This document shows positions 46,003 to 56,181 of a DNA stretch of 64,000 bases, piece by piece. The notes beneath the pieces are model-generated. The model saw only the letters and a list, made by a program, of their open reading frames with translations. It did not search any database and was not told the DNA's origin. Where the stretch lies: assembly GCA_006218065.1 (NCBI GenBank), contig VBWE01000001.1, positions 191,063 through 255,062 of the forward strand. The letters are read 5' to 3'. This DNA is from Bacteroidota bacterium (GTDB lineage: Bacteria > Bacteroidota > Bacteroidia > Palsa-965). The stretch's first letter is position 1. Each line of letters begins with the position of its first letter. The translations under genes and the position numbers were made by a program.

Positions 46003-47661
46003 ATGAAAAAATTAACCCTGATTCTTGCCGGCTCCTGCTTTATGATGAGCCTGTCGGCGCAGATAACCTATCTGCGCGACAACCAATTAACCACCTCGGG
46101 ATACCATTACACTGTTCCGAAAGACCTGATCGTTGATAATACCGCCAGCCTGGCCGTCGGTGTCGTTGAAATGAAAAACAGCAGCAACTACGAATCCGCT
46201 GCCGCCATAACAAAAAGCGACCTCGGCAGCGGCGCCAGTTTTTCCGGGAAAATGTACAGCAGTATCACAGGGCACCCGATGACCGGGGAACGCGTGCTGG
46301 CCGTGGGCGGGAATTACTATATGCTCACAACATATTGGTCAAACGTCAATACGATGGCACTCGTTAAAGTCAATGGCACTACCGGCGCTGTTATGTTTTC
46401 GAATAACCTGACCAACTCACTCAGCGGTATGTCGCCGGAAGTTACCGTAGTTGATTTTGCTTACGACGGTTCAGCCTATTTCTACATTGTGGGGCATCAC
46501 ATGGTAAATAACCAATCCGATCTCTGGGTAGCTAAGATCGATTTGAATGGCGTGCTGCAGTGGCGAAAATCATACGCCAGCACAGGTACAGAAGAAGAAG
46601 CACATAATATTTTCTTCTACCAGAACAACGGGATTTATGTCGGGGCTATTACGGCTCCCACCGCTACTCCGCTCTGGAGAAAAGGCCTGATCATGCAGAT
46701 AGATAATAACGGCGCTGTTATATTTTCGAAAGATCTTGCATGGTACTCTTTCCCGAGTCCGCACACCCAGCGCATGTTCGGCTTTACTGTTAAACGCCTG
46801 CAGGATAACGTATATGTAGTCGCTCATACCTTACTGGGTGCAGATGGCCCCGGACCCCTGCTTGTCGCAAAACTCAGCCACTTGCTGGTCCCGGTTTCAT
46901 ATACTGTTTACGACACGGGAAGCTTTGTTTATATGACGCCTTACAACGGGGAGTTTTTGTTTGCCAATAATATGCTTGTGGTTCCGGGCATCGCCAGCCC
47001 GATGAATGCAGCTATCCCCGGTTATGTGAATGCTTTTTTCAATCTCAGCAGCAGTTTTCTGAATGCCAATGACGTGGCGCTGAACACGCAGATGTTTGGC
47101 AATATTATCACGGCTACCGATGCTGCGCATACTGTTTTTTCCCTGGCGGATAATAGCAATGACGATTACCATCTTTATCGCCTGAAAGGTTCGCCGGGAA
47201 CTGCTACAATCAGTTGCGACAATCCTTATCCGTTTTACCCGATTGGCGATCTTCTTTCGCTCAATACTTTCCCGGTAAGTGTGCTGGGTCTGAAGCAGCA
47301 AACCATGGTCAGCTTCATCTGCAATATGTCGACGCTTTCGTTCTCCGAAACAGCTCCCTGCTATTATGATCCCTGGGCGCAGCGCCTCGATGGTTCCGGC
47401 CAGGGGATTGCTGCCGCACCCGAAGGTCTTTCTCTTTACCCGAACCCGGCCTCGGGCAGTTTGCAGGTACAGGTTGGCGGGATCGCAGGAAATTACCGTA
47501 TAACCGTTATGGATGCTTCAGGCAGGCTCGTGATGGAATCCGAATATAATTCCGGCGAAAAAACAACGCTCGACATCACCGCACTGGCCGAAGGCATTTA
47601 TGTGCTCCGCGTGACCGGCGATAACGGGCAATCGTTCACAAAGAAGTTTTTAAAACACTGA
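46003..47661 (+). CDS. T9SS C-terminal-sorting-domain secreted protein (beta-propeller-like)
   Basis: Signal peptide. C-terminal ~80-aa Por/T9SS sorting domain (LSLYPNPASGSL…YVLRVTGDNGQSFTKKFLKH). Confidence 0.65.
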   Translation: MKKLTLILAGSCFMMSLSAQITYLRDNQLTTSGYHYTVPKDLIVDNTASLAVGVVEMKNSSNYESAAAITKSDLGSGASFSGKMYSSITGHPMTGERVLAVGGNYYMLTTYWSNVNTMALVKVNGTTGAVMFSNNLTNSLSGMSPEVTVVDFAYDGSAYFYIVGHHMVNNQSDLWVAKIDLNGVLQWRKSYASTGTEEEAHNIFFYQNNGIYVGAITAPTATPLWRKGLIMQIDNNGAVIFSKDLAWYSFPSPHTQRMFGFTVKRLQDNVYVVAHTLLGADGPGPLLVAKLSHLLVPVSYTVYDTGSFVYMTPYNGEFLFANNMLVVPGIASPMNAAIPGYVNAFFNLSSSFLNANDVALNTQMFGNIITATDAAHTVFSLADNSNDDYHLYRLKGSPGTATISCDNPYPFYPIGDLLSLNTFPVSVLGLKQQTMVSFICNMSTLSFSETAPCYYDPWAQRLDGSGQGIAAAPEGLSLYPNPASGSLQVQVGGIAGNYRITVMDASGRLVMESEYNSGEKTTLDITALAEGIYVLRVTGDNGQSFTKKFLKH

Positions 47662-47679
47662 TTCGCTTTTGTTTTTGAC

Positions 47680-47712
47680 AAAGCCCCCGGAAAAATCCGG
47701 GGGCTTTTTTGT
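47680..47712 (+). terminator. Rho-independent terminator
   Basis: aaagcccccgg-aaaaat-ccgggggcttttttgttt. Confidence 0.7.
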
Positions 47713-47769
47713 TTGGCAAAATCCGCAGCCCCGCTTTTCCGTAACTTTCCACACACTAAATCTCTTCCG

Positions 47770-48453
47770 ATGTCCGAAAAAACGTACCCGTATATCCGCT
47801 ACTCCAAAGAAACCTACTCCGAAACGGAAATGATCGCACGCAGCCGTTCCTTTTTCGAATGGATGGACCAACGACGCACGGTTCGCGAATTTTCGGATAA
47901 ACCTGTTCCGGAAGAAGTATTGGAAAATATAATCCGTGCCGCATCCACCGCACCATCCGGCGCGCACAAACAACCGTGGACGTTCTGCCTGGTCACAAAC
48001 CCGGAAATAAAAACGAAAATCCGCGAAGCGGCAGAAAAAGAAGAATACGACAGCTACAACGGCCGCATGACCCAGGAATGGCTTGACGACCTGGCCCCGC
48101 TCGGAACCGACTGGCAAAAGCCTTTCCTGGAAACCGCCCCGGCCCTGATCGTTGTTTTTAAACGCATTTATGAAGAGAAAAACGGGAAGAAAAAAAACAA
48201 TTATTACGTAGCCGAATCCGTCGGGCTGGCCTGCGGGTTTTTACTGGCTGCCATTCATCACGCCGGGCTGGCCGCACTTACACATACTCCCAGCCCGATG
48301 AACTTTTTATGTAAAGTCCTCGAACGGCCCGACAATGAAAGGCCTTTCCTGCTCATCCCCGTAGGCTATGCGGCCGAAAACGTTACCGTTCCCGACCTGC
48401 AGCGAAAACCGGCAGAACAGGTGATCGTAAAATATGAAAGATCCTTTATTTGA
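47770..48453 (+). CDS. Nitroreductase-family flavoprotein (iodotyrosine-deiodinase/BluB-like subgroup)
   Basis: RRTVREFSDKPVP…ASTAPSGAHKQPW motifs. ATG at 47770. Confidence 0.7.
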   Translation: MSEKTYPYIRYSKETYSETEMIARSRSFFEWMDQRRTVREFSDKPVPEEVLENIIRAASTAPSGAHKQPWTFCLVTNPEIKTKIREAAEKEEYDSYNGRMTQEWLDDLAPLGTDWQKPFLETAPALIVVFKRIYEEKNGKKKNNYYVAESVGLACGFLLAAIHHAGLAALTHTPSPMNFLCKVLERPDNERPFLLIPVGYAAENVTVPDLQRKPAEQVIVKYERSFI

Positions 48454-48505
48454 AGTATTTTTGTTTTGCAAAACACAAGACCCTCTCTTCTTAAAAACAC
48501 ACGAC

Positions 48506-50944
48506 ATGAAAAAAATTTTACTCCTGCTGTCCTTATTTCCTGTCCTGGAAATAAACGCACAATGCTCCGGCTTTTATGACGGATTCGAATCCGGGACCTT
48601 TGGTTCGCCGTGGACTATGGGATCGGGAACGTACACGATGACCGTACCGAATACGAGCCCGGCTGTGGGAACTTATAACCTGAGTATGTCCTGCTCCACG
48701 ACTAATTCTTTTTACCAGGGGCCCCAGGCCTTATTCACCGCAGGCCAGCCTGCGTACATCTCCTGGTGGGCGAAAACCAATACCACCACTGCAGCAAACG
48801 GGTATTTCGTTGTCGGTGACGCGAATACTGCGAGCAATAACGGGATACTGTTTGCTTATTTCAATGCGACTTCCGGCCTGCGCTTTTTTGCCAGCACCGG
48901 TTACAATCACCCGATCGTAGCCAATACCTGGTACCATGTTGAAGCGATGAACCTGAACTGGACAAGCCGTACAATGGACATTTACGTGAACGGTGTGCTT
49001 ATTCTTTCCGCCTGGCCGTTCCGTTCGACCACCACCACGGCTGTCGATCGCGTATTGATGCACAGCCTGAGCCCGGCGACTGTGGAATATGATGAGATTA
49101 TTATCGGCACCCCGCCGGTTACAGCCAGTGCAGTGCAAAGCAATATTTCCTGCTTCGGCGGCAGCAACGGATCGGCAACGGTTACGGCCAGCGGCGGAAA
49201 CGGTGTTTACACCTACAGCTGGGCCCCTTCGGGAGGAACAGCCGCTACGGCTTCCGGGCTGACAGCAGGCACGTATACCTGCACCATCAGCGATGGAGCC
49301 GGCTGCACGGGAACGCAGACCGTAACGATTACCGAACCTTCGGCGCTGACTGCCTCTGCCACACAAACAGACGTATCCTGCAACGGCGGAACGAACGGGC
49401 AGGCTGTAACAACAGCCGGCGGCGGAACAGGTTTTTATACCTATGCCTGGTCACCTTCCGGCGGAGTTGCCGATACGGCCTCCGGGTTGTCTGCGGGGAC
49501 ATACACGTGCACCGTTACAGATGGTAACGGATGTACCGTACAGCAATCCGTTACTATCACAGAACCTTCCGCATTACAAACCGCTTCCGCCGCTTCCGGA
49601 ACGAGCTGCAACGCATCATCCGACGGATCGGCCGTAGTTACCGTCATGGGCGGAACTCCCGTTTATACTTACAGCTGGGCTCCCGCAGGCGGAACCGGTT
49701 CAACAGCAACCGGGCTTTCCGCAGGAACATATACCTGTACCATTACCGACGGAAACGGCTGCACAGCGACAGAAACCGTTACGATAATCGCACCGCCCGC
49801 ATTAACCATACAGAACAGCGGCGGCTCTACGATCTGCATCGGGAACAATTCATACATCAGCGCATTCACTTCCGGCGGAACGGGTTCTGTAACGTACAGC
49901 TGGCAACCGGGAAATATGACGGGACCAACAGTCGTAATTTCGCCGACTTCCACTACGATGTATTACGTAACGGCCACCGACAGTAACGGTTGCTCCGTAT
50001 CCGACAGTGCTCTGGTAACCGTAGTTCCGCTTCCCGTAGTAAATCTCGGCGCGGATATCGTGCAGTGCGGAGGAACTGTAACACTGGATGCGCAGAACAG
50101 CGGTTCGGGTTATATATGGAGCACCGGCGGTAACGGTCAAACGGAAATTGTAACGACAAGCGGAACTGTTTCCGTATCCGTTATTGATGGTTTCGGCTGC
50201 AGCTCATCCGATACGATCAGCGTTACCATAAACAGCAACCCGGTCGTAGCATTTCCCGGCGATGTAACGCAGTGCGGCGGAACGGTAATCCTGGATGCAC
50301 AGAACAGCGGGGCGAGCTATTTATGGAATGATAGCACCACGGCACAAACACTTACCGTAACCAGTTCGGGAACATATTATGTAACCGTAACCGACAGCAA
50401 CGGATGCTCGGGCAGCGACACCGCGAACGTAACCATCAACACCGTCCCGGTTGTAATCGGTACGGCTTCGGCAACTACCGTTTGTACGGATGATGCAAAC
50501 GTTTCGCTTGCGGGAACTCCTGCGGGAGGCACGTGGGCGGGTACCGGCGTTTCCGGAAGCTCGTTCGATCCTTCAGCAGGAACCGGGAGTATGGCGGTCA
50601 TTTATACTTATACGGATCTGAACGGCTGTTCGGGAAGCGATACGATCAATATCCTGGTGAATGCCTGCGTGGGCGTAATTGAAAATACGGCATCCGCAGG
50701 CGTGTATGTTTACCCGAACCCAAACAACGGGAACTTTATCCTCGCGGTAAATGAAAATGCGGACGACCTGTTGATTGAAGTTCTGGATGCACAGGGCCGC
50801 AGGATTTATCTTGCAAATGAGAAACAGGTTCCGGCAGGTTCCGCCAGGACGATTGCACTTGACGATGCTGCCAGCGGATTTTATATCCTGCGGGCTTCCG
50901 CAAACGGAAAACAGCAGCTGATCCGGCTCGCCATTCAACGATAA
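48506..50944 (+). CDS. Large T9SS-secreted adhesin-like protein with tandem SprB-type repeats
   Basis: Signal peptide. At least 4 copies of a ~78-aa repeat (…CxGGxNGxA…YTYxWxPxGGT…TxTGLxAGTYTCTxTDxNGC…). C-terminal T9SS sorting domain. Confidence 0.7.
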   Translation: MKKILLLLSLFPVLEINAQCSGFYDGFESGTFGSPWTMGSGTYTMTVPNTSPAVGTYNLSMSCSTTNSFYQGPQALFTAGQPAYISWWAKTNTTTAANGYFVVGDANTASNNGILFAYFNATSGLRFFASTGYNHPIVANTWYHVEAMNLNWTSRTMDIYVNGVLILSAWPFRSTTTTAVDRVLMHSLSPATVEYDEIIIGTPPVTASAVQSNISCFGGSNGSATVTASGGNGVYTYSWAPSGGTAATASGLTAGTYTCTISDGAGCTGTQTVTITEPSALTASATQTDVSCNGGTNGQAVTTAGGGTGFYTYAWSPSGGVADTASGLSAGTYTCTVTDGNGCTVQQSVTITEPSALQTASAASGTSCNASSDGSAVVTVMGGTPVYTYSWAPAGGTGSTATGLSAGTYTCTITDGNGCTATETVTIIAPPALTIQNSGGSTICIGNNSYISAFTSGGTGSVTYSWQPGNMTGPTVVISPTSTTMYYVTATDSNGCSVSDSALVTVVPLPVVNLGADIVQCGGTVTLDAQNSGSGYIWSTGGNGQTEIVTTSGTVSVSVIDGFGCSSSDTISVTINSNPVVAFPGDVTQCGGTVILDAQNSGASYLWNDSTTAQTLTVTSSGTYYVTVTDSNGCSGSDTANVTINTVPVVIGTASATTVCTDDANVSLAGTPAGGTWAGTGVSGSSFDPSAGTGSMAVIYTYTDLNGCSGSDTINILVNACVGVIENTASAGVYVYPNPNNGNFILAVNENADDLLIEVLDAQGRRIYLANEKQVPAGSARTIALDDAASGFYILRASANGKQQLIRLAIQR

Positions 50945-51013
50945 TCAAGAACTCCGGCGAAAAAACGACGCCCAAAGGGGCCTAAAACCGGGAATTCTTG
51001 TTAAAAACTCATC

Positions 51014-51049
51014 GAAACCGATTGATAATCAGTCGGTTTCGTTTTTTTT
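51014..51049 (+). terminator. Rho-independent terminator
   Basis: gaaaccgattga-taa-tcagtcggtttc followed by gtttttttt. Confidence 0.65.
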
Positions 51050-51109
51050 GGGATTCACCCCTATACCATTATCTTTGCAGGCGAAATTTTTAACCAAAAA
51101 CGCACTAAA

Positions 51110-51349
51110 ATGTCTGACATCGCAACCAAAGTGAAGGCCATAATCGTTGACAAGCTCGGCGTAGACGAGAAAGAAGTAACTGAAGCGGCCAGCTTTACCA
51201 ACGACCTCGGAGCCGATTCGCTCGACACCGTGGAGCTGATCATGGAGTTCGAGAAGGAGTTTAACATTGCTATTCCTGACGATCAAGCCGAAAAGATCAA
51301 CACCGTAGGCGAGGCTATCAAGTATATCGAAGAGAACGCCAACAAATAA
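51110..51349 (+). CDS. acpP: Acyl carrier protein
   Basis: [12 protein letters not shown] phosphopantetheine attachment motif; 79 aa. Confidence 0.95.
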   Translation: MSDIATKVKAIIVDKLGVDEKEVTEAASFTNDLGADSLDTVELIMEFEKEFNIAIPDDQAEKINTVGEAIKYIEENANK

Positions 51350-51398
51350 TCGGCTGATCTGTTATAAAGCCGCATTTATTCCTTAAAGCTATTTACGG

Positions 51399-52655
51399 AT
51401 GCAGTTGAAACGGGTAGTCGTTACGGGCCTCGGTGCTATTTCGCCATTAGGTAATTCTGTTGAAGAATTCTGGAAAAACCTGACTGGCGGGCAAAGCGGT
51501 GCTGCTATGATTACACGTTTCGACGCAGCCAAGTTCAAAACGCAGTTCGCCTGCGAAGTCAAGGGCTTCAATCCCGAAGAATACTTCGAGAACAGAAAAG
51601 AAGTCCGCAAGCTCGATCCCTTTTGCCATTTCGGAATTGCCGCCGCAACGCAGGCCGTAAAAGATTCGGGGCTTGACGGCCCGGGGTTTGATACCGACCG
51701 CATCGGGGTGATCTGGGGTTCGGGCATCGGCGGATTGCAGACTTTCCAGGAAGAATGTTTTGCCTTTGCCAAAGGCGACGGTACGCCGCGTTTCAACCCG
51801 TTCTTCATTCCGAAGATGATCGCCGACATCTGCAGCGGTCATATTTCGATGCGTTACGGTTTCCGCGGGCCCAATTTTACCACGGTTTCAGCCTGCGCTT
51901 CTTCTACCAATGCGCTGGTGGATGCATTCAACTACATCCGGCTCGGCAAAGCGATCGCTATTGTGAGCGGAGGTTCGGAAGCAGCCATCAACCCGGCGGG
52001 AATCGGCGGATTCAATGCCTGCCAGGCGATGAGCACCCGCAACGACGATCCGCAAACCGCCTCGCGTCCTTTCGATAAAGACCGCGACGGTTTTGTACTC
52101 GGCGAAGGCGGCGGCGCGATCATCCTCGAAGAATACGAACACGCGAAAGCGCGCGGGGCAAAAATTTATGCCGAAATGGTCGGCGGAGGCCTCAGTGCCG
52201 ACGCGCACCACATCACCGCACCGCACCCGGAAGGACTCGGCGCGAAAAACGTGATGAACTACGCGCTGCAGGATGCCGAAATGAGTGCCGGCGAAATCGA
52301 TTATATCAACGTGCACGGCACATCCACGCCGCTCGGCGATGTGGCTGAACTGAAAGCCATCAAAGCGGTATTCGGCGAACACGCATACAGCATGAACATC
52401 AGCTCCACCAAATCGATGACGGGCCACCTGCTCGGAGCTGCCGGCGCCATTGAGGCGATGGCCACGATCCTCGCCGTGAAACACGATCTTGTTCCGCCAA
52501 CCATCAACCACTTTACCGACGATCCGGACATCGATCCGAAGCTGAACCTCACTTTCCACAAGGCACAGCAGCGCACCGTCCGCGCCGGGCTCAGCAATAC
52601 CTTCGGCTTTGGCGGGCACAATGCTTCCGTTATTTTCCGCAAGTACAACGGGTAA
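51399..52655 (+). CDS. fabF: Beta-ketoacyl-ACP synthase II
   Basis: Active-site Cys (SACASS), His-His (HGTSTP…GHLLGAAG) motifs; 418 aa. Confidence 0.95.
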   Translation: MQLKRVVVTGLGAISPLGNSVEEFWKNLTGGQSGAAMITRFDAAKFKTQFACEVKGFNPEEYFENRKEVRKLDPFCHFGIAAATQAVKDSGLDGPGFDTDRIGVIWGSGIGGLQTFQEECFAFAKGDGTPRFNPFFIPKMIADICSGHISMRYGFRGPNFTTVSACASSTNALVDAFNYIRLGKAIAIVSGGSEAAINPAGIGGFNACQAMSTRNDDPQTASRPFDKDRDGFVLGEGGGAIILEEYEHAKARGAKIYAEMVGGGLSADAHHITAPHPEGLGAKNVMNYALQDAEMSAGEIDYINVHGTSTPLGDVAELKAIKAVFGEHAYSMNISSTKSMTGHLLGAAGAIEAMATILAVKHDLVPPTINHFTDDPDIDPKLNLTFHKAQQRTVRAGLSNTFGFGGHNASVIFRKYNG

Positions 52656-52826
52656 CCCACTTAAAATTCCTTCGGAATAGTTCGAACCGGTAGCGGCAAC
52701 CGGTAGCGGCAAAGTCTGCCTGCTCCTGTTTAAATAAACCTGCCGCTGTCAACTGGTTTTATTCCGACGCATTAAGAAAAACTTTTCTGTAAACCGGTTC
52801 TCCGGAGGAATTTTAACTTTGAGCAG

Positions 52827-53555
52827 ATGTTCAGGCTGCTGAAAATTTACCTCATACCCGGGTCCGACCAAAAGTTGCGGACTTCGCTGCGCAATGTGCT
52901 AGGATTTACGCCGCTCAACATTTCACTGTACCGGAAAGCATTTACACACAGTTCGGCCGCCAACCAGGTGAAAGACGGCTCACGCGAAAGCTACGAACGA
53001 CTCGAGTTTCTCGGTGACGCGATTCTCAGCTCCATCATCGCGGATTATCTTTTCAAGAAATTCCCGTACAAGGATGAAGGCTTTCTCACCAAGATGCGTT
53101 CGCGGATCGTAAGCCGGAATCAGCTCGGGAAACTGGCCGTAAAATTCGGTATTGATAAATTCATCGAAGCGGAATCCGGGCTGGCGGGACGCAGCAATTC
53201 CATTACCGGCGACGTGTTCGAAGCGCTGATCGGCGCTATTTTCCTCGATCGCGGATATGTGTTCACCAACCGGTTCATCAACGAAAAAATCATCCGCTAT
53301 CATCTCGACATGGATGATATCGAAGCAAACGATACCGATCACAAAAGCCGGCTCATCGAATGGGCGCAGAAAAACAAAAAGGAACTGCGTTTCAACCTGG
53401 TGGAAGAATCCGGAACAGGCCAGAACAAATTGTACGTTATCGAAGCGACGCTCGACGGTGAAGTAATGGGTAAAAGCAGCAACCAGTCGAAGAAAAAAGC
53501 CGAGCAGTCCGCCGCCGAACTTTGCGTGCAGGCACTGGGAATCGGGCAGTCGTAA
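52827..53555 (+). CDS. rnc: Ribonuclease III
   Basis: ERLEFLGDAIL catalytic signature, C-terminal dsRBD. Confidence 0.9.
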   Translation: MFRLLKIYLIPGSDQKLRTSLRNVLGFTPLNISLYRKAFTHSSAANQVKDGSRESYERLEFLGDAILSSIIADYLFKKFPYKDEGFLTKMRSRIVSRNQLGKLAVKFGIDKFIEAESGLAGRSNSITGDVFEALIGAIFLDRGYVFTNRFINEKIIRYHLDMDDIEANDTDHKSRLIEWAQKNKKELRFNLVEESGTGQNKLYVIEATLDGEVMGKSSNQSKKKAEQSAAELCVQALGIGQS

Positions 53556-53561
53556 AGCAGG

Positions 53562-53990
53562 TTATTCTTTTTTTCCTCCGCAGGCAAAATGCTGTTCCAT
53601 AATTTCGTCGATCACTTCCATCGTCAGCGGTTTCTGGCAGAATCCTGAAATACACGCCGTGGTTTTCGCCCGCATTTCATCATCCGGGTTCGCAGAAGTG
53701 GTCAGCATAATAATCACCGACTGATTTTTTTTACGCGCTTTCTTTTCCCGGTACGCTTCGATAAAATCCCATCCCGTCAAACCCGGCATATTGATATCCA
53801 GGAAAATCAGGTCGGGCACTTTGCAGTCCGCCTGCAACGGGCAGTCCAGCAAATCGAGCGCCTGGTTTACACTTTGTGCAGTTTCGATATTGCTCGTTAT
53901 TTCCGTTTGCTCCAGAATAAACCTGTTCAGGTAGTTTGTCGGCCCATCGTCGTCAACCAGCAAAACACATTTTAATTTGTTCGCCCTCAT
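53562..53990 (-). CDS. Stand-alone response-regulator receiver domain protein
   Basis: LLVDDD…DLIFLDINMPG…K receiver motifs; 142 aa. Confidence 0.8.
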   Translation of the reverse strand: MRANKLKCVLLVDDDGPTNYLNRFILEQTEITSNIETAQSVNQALDLLDCPLQADCKVPDLIFLDINMPGLTGWDFIEAYREKKARKKNQSVIIMLTTSANPDDEMRAKTTACISGFCQKPLTMEVIDEIMEQHFACGGKKE

Positions 53991-53995
53991 ACATT

Positions 53996-55204
53996 TCAGG
54001 TTTTGGTTATTGTGAAGTAGAACTTGCTTCCTTCTCCCGGGGCTGATTCAACCCAGATATGCCCGCCATGCAGTTCCGCAATTTTTTTGCAATGCGTCAG
54101 CCCGATTCCCGAACCGGGATATTCCTCGCGGGAATGAAGCCGCTGGTACAGTTTAAAAATGTTCTCATGAAATTTCGGATCGATCCCGATGCCGTTATCC
54201 TCCACGTAAAAAAGCCAGTCTTTCCGGCCGTCGCCGCCGCCGATATGGATGACGGGCTGACTGTTTTTCTTACTGAACTTGAGTGCATTTAAAATCAGGT
54301 TCTGGAACAAGGCGCTTAGTTCTACTTCGTACGCCCGGACAACCGGCAGTTTGGCAACGGTGACCTGCGCATTTTTTTCCCGGATCGCCGTATCGAGATC
54401 CCGGATCAGTTGCCCGACCAGCTTGTTGCAGTCCACTTCTTTTATCTGGCTCGACTTGCCGATGCGTGAATATTCGAGCAGGCCTGTGATCAGGCTGCGC
54501 ATACGGTTGACCGCATCGGTGATGTAGGCCATGTATTTCTCGCCGGTCTCGTCGAGACGGTTAGAATACTGTTTGCAGAACAGGTCCACAAAACCGGTCA
54601 GCGTGCGTAAAGGTTCCTGCAGATCGTGCGAAGCGATATAGGCGAACTGTTCCAGTTCGGCGTTCATATTTTTCTGCTGCCTGATCTGGTCGTCGATCAC
54701 CCGTTTTTTCTCGTAGATATACGCCTCCCCGGTAATGCACATAGCGACATCAATCAGCTTGTTTATCCCGTTGATGACGGCGAAGGCTTTTGCCGGGTTT
54801 TGTTTCAACTCTTTCATGATGTGCGGCAGCAGCATTTGCCGGGCCGCCTGGATGACTTCATACCAAAGTTTGAATTCCAGGCCCAGGCGGGCATAAAAAA
54901 AACCTTGCTGGACCGTATATTCCGTATAGGTCTTCCAGTCACCATGAAGAATGGCATTACGCTGCAGCGCAACGGAATATTCGTTTTGCTTATTCCGTTC
55001 TTCCCGCGGAACCTGCCGTATCATCTCGCCGAAAACGGGATGGCCTGCAAAAAGAATTTCCGCCTCTTCAGTCAGCTCTTTTCTGCAACCTTCATAAAAT
55101 TCAAAGTATTGCCTGAGATCAGCGTTTTCCTGTTCCGAAACGACCGGGACCAGTTTTTGAATCAGCTCAATATAGCCAGGCTCATTGTCGGGAGAATCCG
55201 TCAT
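53996..55204 (-). CDS. Sensor histidine kinase, cytoplasmic, with an N-terminal ~180-aa sensory domain of unknown type
   Basis: H-box ASHDLQEPLR, N/G boxes (LNALKFS, DNGIGID, GSGIGL). Confidence 0.8.
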   Translation of the reverse strand: MTDSPDNEPGYIELIQKLVPVVSEQENADLRQYFEFYEGCRKELTEEAEILFAGHPVFGEMIRQVPREERNKQNEYSVALQRNAILHGDWKTYTEYTVQQGFFYARLGLEFKLWYEVIQAARQMLLPHIMKELKQNPAKAFAVINGINKLIDVAMCITGEAYIYEKKRVIDDQIRQQKNMNAELEQFAYIASHDLQEPLRTLTGFVDLFCKQYSNRLDETGEKYMAYITDAVNRMRSLITGLLEYSRIGKSSQIKEVDCNKLVGQLIRDLDTAIREKNAQVTVAKLPVVRAYEVELSALFQNLILNALKFSKKNSQPVIHIGGGDGRKDWLFYVEDNGIGIDPKFHENIFKLYQRLHSREEYPGSGIGLTHCKKIAELHGGHIWVESAPGEGSKFYFTITKT

Positions 55205-55414
55205 TACGGCAGAAGGTTTAATTTTTTGTAATTACTCCTCTCTGCAGGACATCAACGGGGGTAAAATGTCCTTTTCTTCTCCCAGTGTAATGAAACTTCT
55301 ACGTAATTTTTAAAAATAAGTTCGGCTTTGGTTAATCTTTCCTGTGCAGGATTTAAATAAAACGTGCCGCCGGCAAACCGGTGACACGTTTCTACAGTAG
55401 CGGAAAAAAATAGC

Positions 55415-56152
55415 TTACTGTGTTTTTTTCATTTTGTCCTTAAAGTTCTTTTGGAACTTCTCCACTTTCGGGCGGACCACGAACTGGCAATACGGCTGAT
55501 CCCCGTTCTGATTAAAATAATCCTGGTGATAATCTTCCGCTTTATAAAAAACCGAAAAGGGCGATATCTCTGTCACAACCGGGTTCGGCCATGTTTTTGA
55601 ATCGTTGAGTTGTTTTTTGTACTGCTCGGCCGTTTGTTTTTGCGTCTCGTTATGATAAAAAATAGCAGAACGGTATTGCGTTCCCGCATCCGCACCCTGC
55701 CGGTTGAGCGTGGTCGGATCGTGTGTTCCCCAGAACACTTCGAGCAGTTCGGCGTAGCTTACCTGTTTCGGATCGTAAACGAGCTGGCAGACTTCGGCGT
55801 GACCGGTAGTTCCCATGCAGACTTCCTTGTACGAAGGATTTTTTACAGTACCGCCGGAATAACCGGAAGCCACGGATATCACGCCTTTCATTTGCTGGAA
55901 AACGGCTTCCACGCACCAGAAACATCCCGCGCCGAAAGTAGCCGTATCCGTAGTTTTTGCTGAATCGTTCATCGTTGTCGTCGTTACCTGCTGTTTGTTT
56001 TCATCCGAACCTTGTGCCCGCTTATCAGCCGCACCGTCGGTAATTGTCCCGCACGAGCCCATCCAGGAACTTGTGAGCATGACTATGGTATTGATTATCG
56101 CTTTCATGTTCGAAGATACGAACGGCTGCTGTTCGCTGGTTTTGTTTTCCAC
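55415..56152 (-). CDS. msrA: Peptide-methionine (S)-S-oxide reductase MsrA, lipoprotein-anchored or secreted
   Basis: GAGCFWCVEAVF catalytic motif. N-terminal signal or lipobox (…SSWMGSC). The start may be the internal Met at about 56107. Confidence 0.85.
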   Translation of the reverse strand: MENKTSEQQPFVSSNMKAIINTIVMLTSSWMGSCGTITDGAADKRAQGSDENKQQVTTTTMNDSAKTTDTATFGAGCFWCVEAVFQQMKGVISVASGYSGGTVKNPSYKEVCMGTTGHAEVCQLVYDPKQVSYAELLEVFWGTHDPTTLNRQGADAGTQYRSAIFYHNETQKQTAEQYKKQLNDSKTWPNPVVTEISPFSVFYKAEDYHQDYFNQNGDQPYCQFVVRPKVEKFQKNFKDKMKKTQ

Positions 56153-56181
56153 TGTTAAAAAAAGAAAAAAACGCGGGTCTT

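Noticed and set aside
52656-52826. tRNA-like sequence (…agttcgaaccggtagcgg…) and a 13-bp direct repeat ccggtagcggcaa x2 after fabF
   Set aside because: No acceptor, D or anticodon stems can be folded. It is probably just the fabF-rnc spacer with a short duplication.
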